DNA from: Basidiobolus meristosporus CBS 931.73
Taxonomy: Eukaryota; Fungi; Basidiobolomycota
Reading direction: 5' to 3'
DNA: 64,000 nucleotides
Assembly (NCBI GenBank): GCA_002104905.1
Contig: MCFE01000428.1
Span: forward strand, 12,752 to 76,751
Within the stretch, counting starts at the first letter, position 1; each line of letters starts with the position of its first letter. Below, piece after piece: positions 23,741-36,419 of the stretch. The position numbers and the translations under genes were made by a program. Below the pieces are notes generated by a model that was not told the origin of the DNA, ran no database searches, and worked only from the letters and a program-made list of their open reading frames with translations.

Positions 23741-26700
23741 ATACATTCCGGAGATTCTCTACATTGCAAATGGTTCCCAAGTGGAAAATTGCATAGCAAT
23801 GTATTGTGTATGCACAAGTTGCCCAGGTATTTTACCTTGCAAGCTAATAGTTGGTTAGAAACTAGCTTGGTGCTCATTGCTGATAACGTGGGGCTCATGT
23901 TGGTCTTTTACTAGCCGCCGGATCCTAACTCTCTGAGACAAGAAACATTTGACAGTGGCTCTTTCATTGGAAACAGATCTGATGTCAATGGATATCGATA
24001 GTGATAGCCGTAGACTCCAACCCAAAATAAGACTGCTAGGGATACATGCAAGCGGGCCATTGAGATTTCAAAAGTGAACAGGCAATAAGGTGCAGTACTA
24101 AACTAAACTGGGTTACCGAGTTGAGCGGGCATTAATCCGGCAACTCTTGGTTGCTCAATGGAATGTCACCTTTCATGCATTATTACTGCAGAAAGATTTC
24201 CCATAAATGGACATCCTCCAGTCCAGACTGCTTTACAAGATACGATCGGTCAAGCGCTGATTATCAATAGCTCCAAAGTGCAACGCACACAATCAGAATC
24301 CTACTCTCATTGGGATGGGCAGGATGCGTATCTTCGAGCTCTTTCTCTTGAGCGAGATTGGTACCAATGAGCAACCTCCACCCGAATAGGGAAACTAATG
24401 AGCGGAATCCTGACATTGGGCAACATCGGGTGGAGCGAATAACGCAAGGAAACACCAAAGAGGACAGTATGACTTCAGTTGTTTCAACACCACACCAATT
24501 TTACTTAAACGAGTAGAATGTTGCAGAATCACATCATCACCCTCCTCCACAGTCAGGATTGAAGAATTGGTCCATGTACAAAGTAGGCCAACATGAAACA
24601 TACCCAATACTCGACGGGGAAGGTAATTCAATATGATCAGCACTCCCCGAAACCATTGAGAAACAGCGACCCAGGAATCCACCCAAAAGGCCAATCAAAT
24701 GCTGGTTACAGTTGTCAATCATTGATCAGCGGACGGATTTTCACGGTGACTAATTTTATCAGTCCTACAATGCAGCCATTTTCCAAATCAATTCCTGGTA
24801 CGAATTTATTTCGTACTACGTACAAGCCATACTGACCTTCCACCAATTTAGGGTTGATCGTGAAGAACTCTTGATCGTTCCCAGAATGGGATATCTCCAG
24901 TCTTGTTGCTCACAATAACTGCTTGTCCATTCATTGAAACCGGCTGGGTCTAGGAGACACAAGGTGGCACAACTATCTGCATGTACTATGCTAGATATGA
25001 GGAAGTCTCTGCGGCGTCGAGGCCCAACTGACGACTGCCTAGCAGAAATGTCCAAGTGCCTTGTGTACCATGGGGCTTTTCATCCTTTCCGAGCTTCTTA
25101 CCATTTCTTGATGCCAAATAGCTCGTTGTCTCCAAGTGCTCTCTAGAGTAAGATTTCCAGCTTGCAACAATGCTCCATACTTTCGATCAGAATCAAGAAC
25201 TTATGAATCTGAGACTTGGCCAATGGATACGAGTTGACATGCTCAATCATCCTGTTTCAAGCTTCATCATTACAATCCGTTTGTGTTTTCTTTCCTCTCA
25301 TTGAGAACTAACCAAGCTCAACAGGATATGCTTCGCCAAGCACGTAATTCCTATGCATCTCAGTTTGAGTTCAGCAATGTGGACAATCTACGTCAGGCAA
25401 TCGTCAGATAGAGCCCCGAGTGAAACACTGCATAGGTAGCGCTGGGCCAATTAATACGGACGGCCTGATTGTTGTCAAGCTGCTGGTGGATCATGTGGCC
25501 ACGGTCTTTGGATTAACCTAGTTTTCGGCGCCCTCACTTAATTTGTGCATCTTGCCACTCAAAATGATCAAATGGATGACACCAATGAACCTTTAGACCG
25601 GATTTGGATAAATTTATTTCTAATCAACCCACCCACGGTGCAGAGTGATTTGGAATGCTCATCACCTTCCATGCCATCCCCGCTTCACCGCCTTGCCAAT
25701 CAGCAGTTTGGTCTGATCTCAAGATGGAAAGGCTGAAAGTCCCTCACAACTAGCGTGGACTTTCCGGTTTTCAAGTCCATTCTCTTCAGGGTCTACAGCG
25801 GGAGGGTTGACTCGCTTCTTACTTACTTAGGTCAAGGCTACGAATTGCACAGGCGAAATACCGCTCTAAACCCACCCGTTGACGTCATTAGGCCACATTT
25901 GGCTGCTTCTCGCAGCACCACTTTTTTGACGCAGGCTGGAGACGGCCATTGGCTTCGCAGCCACCGTAACCCGCGACACGACGTAATCCCAGAAATGTTG
26001 TCTTGTGGATCCGTGCTGAACATAAATGTATGGTGGTTTAAAGCAACGGGTGGCATATGGTTTCATGCCTGTAAAGGATCCTCCCACTGTATCCGCGGAA
26101 CTGGTCATGTTATGCTTGGAGACAAGCCTGGATTCCGGTGTTTTTAGTATGGTACAAGGTGAGCATTCGGAGGCCACTTGTCTCCCCATGGCGCAGTTGG
26201 GACAGGAAATTTGGCGAGGGAAACCACCCTTCTCCATATGATCCTAGGGATAGAAATCACCTTGATTGTATCGGAGATGTGGTAACACCAATTCACATCA
26301 TCCACTAGAAATTCCCGGTTTCAATATGGAGGTGAAACGTACAGTATATCCTTCAATTAAAGCTAAAGAGACACAAGAGTATTCATGGATTTGGTAATAT
26401 GGGGAATTATTCAAAATTGGCCTAACAATCCCTACCAAAATAGGTAAGGATACCCATACAGCTCATGGTGTAAAAGCATGATCCACTCAGCCATGCCCCG
26501 TTTCCTGCCTCCAGCACCAACACTGCAGCCAAATAGGAGTCAAGCCCACGCATCATCATGCAGTGAGGTTTTCCATCTTGGCGACATGTCGATCGATTAT
26601 TCATCATCTGCACTAACCGCGCTGCCAGCAAGCGCCGCCGATAATAAGTCTTGGGAGGATCGAGTGATGCAACTGCCCTCCCCCTCCCTGTCCAAGTCGA

Positions 26701-28187
26701 GGAGTGCTCGCCAGATGCTCTACTCTAAAAGCCCGTTTCGGATGGAATGATTCATTTAACAAATTCAAATCTGATCGGCGAGGGATCTGAATCTCTTCAA
26801 TCTAGGATCCATCGTACAATGGTCAAGGGGCGTGTACATCCGAAGGACAAAATCAAATAGATTGATTTCAGAAAACTCACCCTCCCCGTAACCAACGACC
26901 ACTTGAAGAAGGTTCCAGGATGTGGTTATGTCACCTCATGGCCGATCTGACATCATAGTGATACGAAGCACAGCGTACTATTTACTAAATATTACATCAC
27001 CATTTCCCTCAGCCATATCGCATCCACCAATTCAAGTTTCCACATCAACTGGATTAGCCGATTATAGTCGCTCAAGTGATTAGATATAGCCACAGAGTCC
27101 ATGGTCAAGCCATGCTTGGTTGATATAATGGGTGCTCAATCAGTGACACCATCAACATGGCGATTAGGTTGATGGGTTGCACCAAATGCTCATTTGGTTT
27201 TACTTTAATTTACGTACACAAACCAATTCATCCGCACGCTAGGCAGCTTTTCCTACCAAAAAAGCGTATGTCCGATATGAGAAATATTGCCTATCAAAGC
27301 ACACACCATTCAAATCCGCTATAATTCCATGTGAGGTGATGACTGGAATCACCTACGTGCAGACAGATGCCTCTCGGGTGGGCATCGGCGACCGCAGTTC
27401 ACGCGATTCTGTGAAGAGGGTTCTTGCCCTCGGGTGATTGATTTGTCGAAGGTGTTTTTATTTGCAGGTATCTTGTGATTTCGTTATCCATTGTCACATA
27501 TTCGGAATATAGATTCAAATAGCCCATCCTCGATGATACACAGTTTGAGAAATTCACTACTACCTAGGACTGGGTATTGGGCAGGGAAGTGAAACGAATG
27601 TCTCAACAGGCGTAGGCCATTGAGCGTGCGATACCAACTGGTGGCCTATTGACGTATATCAATGGCCAGGTGAATGGTAGACGCGCATTGGAATGGTGGG
27701 ACAGGTGGACGCGATATGAACTAGGGAAAATAGCCATGGAAGTTCGAAGTTCCAAAGAGAACGCAGGTAATGCAACTTTAATACATATTCAAAGATTGGA
27801 GTATTGATGCCAGAAATATATTAGAATACTAACGTTGGCCACCTCGCAAATGGCCATCTATTAATTACTGTGACTACAAAATAAACTAAAAAGACAAGTA
27901 TAGATATGAAGAAGAGGGGGGAGGATCTTAACTAACTGATCAGATGTGTGAACCATCACGCCTGCGCTAACATTCGGTGCCGATCGTAAAAGTTACAAAG
28001 TTGCAAAGAACCAAAAGCAAGTACAAAATGGGAGATGTCTTGGCGGAATTCTTTTGCGCTCGAAGGGAATAATGCAAATATCTACTTATATATACAATAT
28101 AAGTTGGGTGAAGAGTTCTCGTGTCAAAATAATGCACAATTAAGATGAGGAGCTGAAGAAATGCTGGAGACTTCAGCACTTCCTTGC

Positions 28188-29816
28188 TCACTGCTGAGAA
28201 TTCATTGGCATCGAAGACGGGTCCGAGGGGTTCACATATACTGAGTGTGCTTGAAAGGACAGCGAGGTGCTACTAGTAACTTCAGAACAGCCCTGATTAG
28301 GTATGGATGGGGGAACCATCATAGGGTCGATCATGTCATGTGTGAGCGCACTAGAAGCATTTCTGGGTGCTAGGTATCCTGGTGGTCCCTCCTCAGAGAA
28401 TGAATGAGATTGAATGACAGGCGGTTCGATTATGCTCGAGGTTTGTATCTCTTGGAGCTGCAAATTTGTCAGTGGGAACGGTCCAGTATTCATTCTGGCA
28501 TTGGTATTAGAAGGTAGTGATAGTCCGCCAAGTGCCTCTTCCGTTGGCTGGGTGCTCATTGAGCCCATTTCTTCACCCGGTTTGGGATGGTTGAAAAATG
28601 ATGATTCAGGGTGATAATGGTGATACTTGAAGTCGTGCTGCATGTTTAGATCGTTGGGTCGAAAGAAATGGGGGTTGTTATAGTAGGCCATCCCGTTAGG
28701 GTTGTTTTGAAAGTTCTGGGAAAATACGTGGACTGGCCGGGTCATTTCGTGTCCTTTGACATGCTTTCGTAGAGAGCGTGAGTGGTAATACGCCTTCCCG
28801 CACCCAGGAACTGGGCATATATACGGTCTGATATTGGAGTGGGTCTTGACGTGGGTAGCCAGCGAGTCCGGTCTAGAGAATTTTTTCCCGCAATCTTGAT
28901 GGAAAATTGGTTAGCCTCACTGGTGGAGATGATTGTTGATAGTAAAATGAGTATTACCAGGAACAGGGCATTGGAAGGGCCTCTCCCCAGTATGTGTTCT
29001 CATGTGGTTGTACATCTTGTGGCGTTTCGTGAACGGCTTCTGGTTGCGTGGACAGCCTTGCCATTCGCACTTGTATGAGGCCTGGAGAGGATTGTCAGCA
29101 TCCACCCGAAGTAGATCCATATCTGATTATGCAGAACTTACCTTCCCACTTCCAATATGCTCTTGGCCGATGTGAGAGATCAGGGTCTCTAGTACGGAGT
29201 AAACCTTGTTGCATCCATTCCAGAGGCAATCAAACTGCTCCTGGTTCGCGGCGTCGTCTTTAAGATCTGGGGAATCTGACGGGGACTTCTTAGTTTTGGC
29301 CAACTCGCTCTCCACATATTTGAGTTTCTCGATCAACTCCTCGCGAGTCAAGTTATCCAGAGACTTTGAGCTTTGCTTCGATTTCGTGCTTTCTTCAGGC
29401 AGGCTGTTTCTTCGGGGCGAGGAGTCCGCACTAAGGATCTCAATGGATCGCGTGTTATTCTGATCACTAGAATAATTGGACTGAATCGAGTGGATATCGT
29501 ACTGTTTTTTATTCTCTTTGTACTCTACAGAGCAATCAAACAGTCTACGCAGCTTCGAATCACCATCCCCATCGGGCTTCAGGTTGAGGGCCTCCAACTG
29601 CTCTGCAGTGAAGCCGGAGACCGATGATAGATTCAAAGAAGACATTTGCATTAGGGCCTCTTGTTGTTTGAGCATTTCGTTTTGTGTGGTGCTTCTTAGA
29701 AGCTGTTGCTCAGTATTCTCGGGCATTTGCATGGAATTTAATTCGGGTGCAGAGTATTGTCGATAGTGGCCGAGCTTTCTTCTCATTGCATATAATATAT
29801 CAGTGTTTTCGGTCAT
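28188..29816 (-). CDS. GLI/ZIC-type C2H2 zinc-finger transcription factor, 501 aa; exons 29816-29142, 29081-28958, 28894-28188
   Basis: Introns of 60 and 63 nt with GT-AG give a 1506-nt frame; fingers CLWNGC..H..EH, CEWQGCPRNQKPF..HMRTH, CPVPDCGKKFSRPDSLATHVKTH, CPVPGCGKAY..HVKGH; TGERPF linker; tandem CWCH2 signature. Confidence 0.92.
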
Positions 29817-32800
29817 GGGGTGATAAGTATGTGGTCAGAGATTAAAGGTATCTAGCTGCTAGACATAAGCTCAGTATAATCAAGGAAGTGGGGAAAGAAG
29901 ATAATTTCTCAATGTTCAGATGGTCACGGCGGTTCCGGAGGTATATACATATATACTGTGCCATTGGTTCTGTGACATCATTATTATCCCTATTTCCCCA
30001 GGGCGGTTCAAACCTGGTAAAAAGTAATAAATAAGGTCACACGAGAGCTGCCTGTCTTAACCCAAATACAATCCGATAAAATCTGGTGTAGTGAGTAATA
30101 TGAAGTCTATGGATTAACCACCTTCCTAATTGAAATTGGTGCGCTAAGGATCAACCCTATTGCGCTATTTCACAGACATCTCCATAATAAGCTGACGAAA
30201 GGCATTACAGATGGCTCCTTCTGGACAAGATAAGCATATCAAGATGTCTCACACAGAAGCACTTATTTCCAACATGTTACGTAAAACTCTACGCAATATG
30301 CGCGCGTATATATGTATGAGATCACTATTGGAACAACATTTAGGTCGAATTGAAATTGGCCAGGCTGCCGTAAGTGGCGATCGGAAGTAGGATTATAAAA
30401 TTGGAAGGTCGGCATGTTCCGATTTCTTGGCATTCAGGACAGAATACAAATTGATATGAATATCAAGGGAAACAATGGTGTGTGTTTAGCAGCCATGAGT
30501 CAAAACAAACGAACACAGCCTCCCAGGTTTCATAGTTGCGCTTTTCGGGGTTAGATGCCAGAATTGAAAACACTAAGCCATCATATGTTTTCGGCCATTG
30601 TCCAAAGTGAGACACATAACACTCAGGGTTTCTCATTGACCACGCGTTGTTGAGCGAGGCTGAGCTCATCTTCCCAGAGGCAGCAGGCTGTACCGTGGCA
30701 GGCATAGAGTCTAGCCGGCCGCTGTTGGGTCGGATGGTGCAGCCTGGTCATTGGTCTAACAAGCGAGGGAATGGTTGTCGCGTGAATACACTGCTCAATG
30801 TCCACAGCATAATTTCGTTTCACGTATGGTTGTGCACTTTCATCACTATCGATATTTCTGACGCACTTGAATTCACGGCCCTGCCAATTACAGCCCTGTG
30901 TGGCAGACACAATCGATTAATTGATATTTCTGTGGCAATAGAATCCGAAATCCAGTGATGTATTTTGTCATGGTAATAGCCCTGAAACCGCTGGCTTCTG
31001 AGCCAATCCGAATGGCGATTAGTAAACAAGACAAGGAATCCTTTCACTGATGATTGAGAAATGCATTAGACCTAGTATGTACATGCAATCCAACCAAATC
31101 CATCTCGAATCACTGGTCAAGTGTCTCCAGAACCCAACACTTGCTTTCTCTTATCATTAGATGATCGCTTAATCAACGCTAAACCATTCCGACTGCAGAT
31201 TCCCACATATTTTAAGCGTTAATTCGCCCATTTCATCACAGTTTCACTCTTAATGGAAGGTGATATTGAGAATGATCAATCATAGAATACTCATTTCTAT
31301 CGACTGCCATATATATATCTGGCTCGTGCCCCAAGTGGATAGAGCAAATTCAATGGATTCCCTATTCTATGTGGTGCAGTCCATTGTTCACGACGGGTGT
31401 TCAGTGAGGTGTGTCTATTTTACATTTGGAAATCCAGGTTTGCAACGATTGTCGATGATCAATGTGAATGGTCTCTCAGCTTATGGTGCTCTCTAACCAT
31501 TCCCGTATCCTTGATGAAATCTAACCTTTTAGGATCCCGACTTACTGTATGCCCGATGCAACTACCAACCGAGCTCTTCATGAATACGTTTCACCATCCT
31601 CCCAACTCTGCAGGGCTTCTGGGCCTTTGGGGCTTCCGCTATCAAGCACGTCTGACTTCATCCGCTGCAGCATGTCTATTAATGCGGCATGCTGCTGGAT
31701 CAGCCGTAGTGTTGGTGCCCTCAATAGCCCAGTTAGCAACCCTAGGTTTGAGTGGATATCTACGAACAATATATCTTAAATTTATAGATATATGAAATCT
31801 AGTTCCAGTCCATGTAATTGAGTTTCTTGTGGGGCGAAACATATAATACCTTTAGTTTGGAGGTGGCTTAGAGCTAGCCCTTGATACTGACGCAATTACT
31901 GAGCCCTTTTCCGTCATCTATTCTAAGCAATAAGTCCATGTGATGCGCAAAGGAGTTTCCAAGATGTTCAACTGTAGTAGATACCCACATGCTTCTCGAG
32001 ACCCAAGCATCCTTGCAATTTGTTCGGCAGATGTGTATTTCGATCAGTAAATCAATGTGAATTTGTAGAATAGCCCATAGTTGCGGAAACAAATGCAGAA
32101 ACCTCAAACCATCTACACAAATTATTTATACCCTCTGAAACCTAGCCATAACATCGGCTCTTCTAGGCACCGTCTGGGATCTTCCATCCAAAGGCATGGA
32201 GATCGACTAATATCTTTGTGAAAATTTTGTAATGGCAGCATGAGAAATGGATCAGACCACTGAGGGTTTTCTACCATTTGCTTGGGGTGTTGGTGAACCC
32301 GATCGCTTAGACCTGTGAAAATACTGATTCGAAGGTGCTCTTTACTTCTTCTAAGCCTCAAATTCCAACTTCCCTGGTATTGTATCATAAGCAAGTGTAA
32401 TACTTCTTTCCGCCATATACTCAGTACTCTGTTATCCATATAATAAGATTCAATAGTTGGCCAAGATTTACAAATTTCATTGGCTGGCCTCCTTTACAAA
32501 TGATCACTATTGCACTGAATTATTTGTTATTTGTGAATTCTTTACCCGGGAGTCATTATTGGGTGAAGCCTTACTACTACAATATTTAGGGTAGAGCCAA
32601 GAGGTGAATATTCTTGAAAGTCAACCACGAAGCCCAAACTTTTCCATGTTCATCGACAGCATTGATTAGGCTCCACAAAAATTGGCGAATCCAGGAGGTA
32701 AAACCCACACAGCCGCCCAATTCACGTTGAGTTCTAATTGCCGCAAGCAATCCACTATCGCATGATCCAAAGTGAGCACACATCCATTCATAGCCTTCTA

Positions 32801-33564
32801 TAAGATGTTTTTTGCTGTTGTTTTCGTTGCAAGATATCAGGGAATATTGGAGGTGATTCGCAGAGCTAGGTTTGCAGGATATTAACATGTTGGTTTATTG
32901 AATGGAGTTACAAGGGTCAAATTATAATTGAATATATTTCACTGCCATTATTAGGAAGCATAAAACACTGTATCTGTTGTAGATTTCTTGTTTGCGTTTA
33001 AATATTGAACTTCATCAGATAGGCCCTCGACCAAATTTATTGTTGGGATTTATTTGGAACATTTCTCACCACTGTTTAATCACGTGACATAAAAATTTAG
33101 ATGGTGGACCAAATGGCCCCAAACTTGGCACTCATGCACTTGGGACTTCCCTGAACTCATTGCTCACTTTATTTCTGCCAAGAAACTGGAAAATTATAAT
33201 ACAACTTTTATATGAATTAGATACATTTGCAATAATCCTTCAACACCCACTGATATCATTGGTGAATCCGCAATCAGTGCTTTGCAGACTCACAGAAAAT
33301 ACAAGTAACTTCAATTTGGATCTCATAAAATAGTTTATGGGATTTCTTATAGATATTAATGTAACTTTCCTCACATTCTGCAAGTAATTTTCATTCAGCT
33401 TTTGAAGATTTAGTCATTCTGGAATCTGTGGGTGTGTCAGTTTGTTCTTGGAATGGCTGGAAAATCTAAAACTCAAAGTGGTAGCCTTATGTAAGCTACA
33501 ATTTCTGCTAGTGTTTACAAGACCTTCATTCTTTGGAATACTCCCCTTCCTTATTTGTTGATAT

Positions 33565-33913
33565 TGTTGTAAGAGTCTTGGAGATATTGGAAGTGATTGG
33601 GAGAACAAGTAGATAATGTGGTTTTCACTTAATGATTTATTGAATGTAAAAGTAGTATTTATACTTTTACATGGTCTTGGCATTAAAAACACGTAGAATA
33701 GGTTAAGGAAGGTCCCAAGAGCATGTGTGCAAAGTTTGGGGCTGTTTGGACAACTTTGAGAATTTTCATGTTCTGGGTACCTGGTACTTTGGTGAAAATA
33801 TTCTAAGTAAATCCCAACAAGGAATTTGGTCAGTATTCTCTAGGATTTGAAGGTGATGATCTAAGTGACTAAGTTAGGCGAATATTTAGGTGGAAATATG
33901 AATTTTTACAACA
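33565..33913 (-). mobile_element. Copia solo LTR (349 bp)
   Basis: Near-identical to 3643-3992; 5-bp TSD GATAT at 33560-33564 and 33914-33918. Confidence 0.95.
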
Positions 33914-33929
33914 GATATATGCTGCCATT

Positions 33930-34230
33930 GTTGTGAAGGTTTTGGAGATATTAGAAATAACTGGTAAATCTTTTGGGTGGCTTTGAGAATTTTAGTGTCT
34001 TAAGTATGACCTATTGAGAGCATATTCCAAGCAATCCCAAATTTGCTGCAAGTTTCATAATAACACCTAGATACTTAACTAATGTAATTGCTTGAATTAT
34101 AGTCAACAAATCTTACATTACTCAGGCCAAATTTCTTCCTGAGACTTATTTAGAATACTTTTACCAAGATATCAGGTACCCAGAACATTAGAAATACCAA
34201 AGCTGACCAGACAGCTCCAGCACTAACATT
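33930..34230. repeat. Diverged copia-LTR-like fragments in both orientations
   Basis: tgttgtgaaggttttggagatatt resembles the LTR start; 34115-34215 resembles the opposite-strand LTR (aggtacccagaacat). Confidence 0.5.
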
Positions 34231-34254
34231 AAGCCCAATCCCACACTCCACAAG

Positions 34255-36300
34255 TTACTCCATTAAAACCTGCCACTCAATATGTATTTCTGCTGTGAAG
34301 CTTATTTTCCATGACTTTGGCAGGAACCCTATGGCTTCATGCAACTGGTCATTCACTGGTTTGTACATGTCAGGGTCTTCAGCTGGCACTGCAAGGTCTA
34401 GCACCTCCTTTGCCAGTCTTTGCAATAAATCCTTGCAATATTCAAGTGTGTTTTCTTGAGCACTGCTCTTGAAGAAGTGTGTAACCTCTTGGTGTGCCAA
34501 TAATGTTCCAAAATTCCCCTGTAGGCAATGTCATAGTCTTTTGAGTTCTTGACATTATTGCTTTGTCTGTCAGTGGGGTTTCCACTTTATCTACAATGGA
34601 GGACATGGAAGCAGTGGTAGACAAATTGCTTTTGTCTGCAAGCTCATTGACCTCACTAGAGTGGAGCTCAACTGGTGGTGCTTCCAACTGTTGAGAAAAC
34701 AGCTGTTTTCTTATTGGTAATTCTCTTGGCCAATATGGGGTACATCCTGTTGTGGACTCTTGGTGTTGGTGAAAACTGCAGCTTTTTTCTCACACTTCCA
34801 TGTCGTTGGCTTGGTAGACTTTTTCTCTTTGCCTTTACCTTTATCATTGCCAAGTCTTTACTGCTACTTTGACTGAGTGCTTCTTGTATTTTACTATGTT
34901 TTCTTTTTGATGTATGCTGCAATGGAACATCTGTTTTGCCTGCTTGTCCCCTGCCAGCACTCTTCCAGCCACCTGACATTTCTTTGACACTTGTTTGGAA
35001 CTTGACACCTTGCTTGTGGCAGGCTCCTGAGAAAGTCACAGTTTCTTATTGCTGTCAAGTTGTTCACTGCTACTGTGACTGTGTGCTTCTTTTATTGATA
35101 TGCATTTGCTCCAAGTTGAATGCTGCTCTGATGCATCTGTTTCTGCCTGCTTGTCCCTTACCAGCCCTCTCCTGGTAACCTGATGTTCCTTAGCCACTTG
35201 TTTTGAGCTTTCAGCCCTGCTTCTGACAGGGTCCTGAGAAAGCTGCAATTTTTTATCACTACCAGGTCCTTCACTGGTACCTTAAATGAGGGTTTCTGGT
35301 ATTGCACTCTGTTTTTTCCTTGGTAAATGCTGCAATGATGCATCTGTTTCTGCCTTCATGTCCCTTACTGGCATTCTTCTGGCTACCAGATGTTTCTTTG
35401 TTGTGTTTTTGGAACCTTCAGCTTGTGACAAGCACTTGGGGAAGCTGATGGCTTTTATCTGTGGCACCCTTGTTCTACTACCTTTGATAGTTTCTGCTAC
35501 TCTTGAGATACTTTCTTAGCATACCAATGCTTGCTTGAATCCAGGAAAATGCTCATAGAGCAGGTCAAGCACATTATGCTTGGCCTTGAGTTCCTAAAGG
35601 TCCCATGGTATGCTGGCCTTGAGGTGATGCCATGCTAGACTTCTAGTAGCCTCTAGAGTATTAGCCCACTCTTCATCATTACACTCAATGGCTTCACAGA
35701 TCTTCAATGTCTTTTCATTTTTAGGCTTGGGTATAAATGCCACAGTCTCCCTCCCATGCTGTAATAGGTTTTCCTGTGGACTTTATCTTTGTGCACTGTT
35801 GTTATGTTTTAAAGACTGTTTGGTGCTCCTCTACTATAATATTTGGAAATGGCTCAATTCATGGATGTTATATTGAGCTAATTGAGTTTCTTCTTTGCTG
35901 CAAATATACTGCATTCCATACCTGGGATACTGATTACTCTACCTGCATTATTTGCTCATCCTGTTTCTGGACTATTTCCTGATTTCTCTGGGCCATTGCC
36001 TCTATCCTATCAACCTCTGTACCTAATTGCCTCATCAATGTGTTGGTATGAGCTGACAAAGTACTTGCTAATATGGGTGGTGGTGATGTTATGATGGACA
36101 CTTGCTGGTCTTCAACTGAAGGTACTGCATTTGCTACATTTTCATCTTCCTCAGCAACGTGGTCAGCTCATGGCTCTGCAGATATTTCCAATTGCCTACT
36201 TGACTGAGAGCCTGCCTTTTTGCAACAAGATCCACTCATGTAAATGTAGAGTGCATAAAGACCATAACAGTGCCTTGCAATTCTTGTCAAAAGACCATGC
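34255..36300 (-). pseudogene. Decayed long ORF of an unclassified element, with three ~207-bp internal repeats
   Basis: Overlapping frame-shifted ORF pieces; repeat anchors catctgttt at 34928, 35134, 35341; CpG-free. Confidence 0.4.
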
Positions 36301-36419
36301 AAACACTATCAGGTTTTTAAACTTAATTTGGCAGTAAAATTAGCAAAACACTTTACAATCCTGTCATAAGACTGTGTAGAGGGTCATTAATTCCAAGCTA
36401 TGACATCACAACAGCCTCC

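Noticed and set aside
23750-27900. Several 60-130 aa ORFs, including the Ser/Pro-rich 26478-26750
   Set aside because: No domain and no consistent splice model; 26478-26750 might be a small gene but needs RNA evidence.
30400-33000. Cluster of minus-strand ORFs resembling a pseudogene
   Set aside because: Pieces do not join into a recognisable protein.
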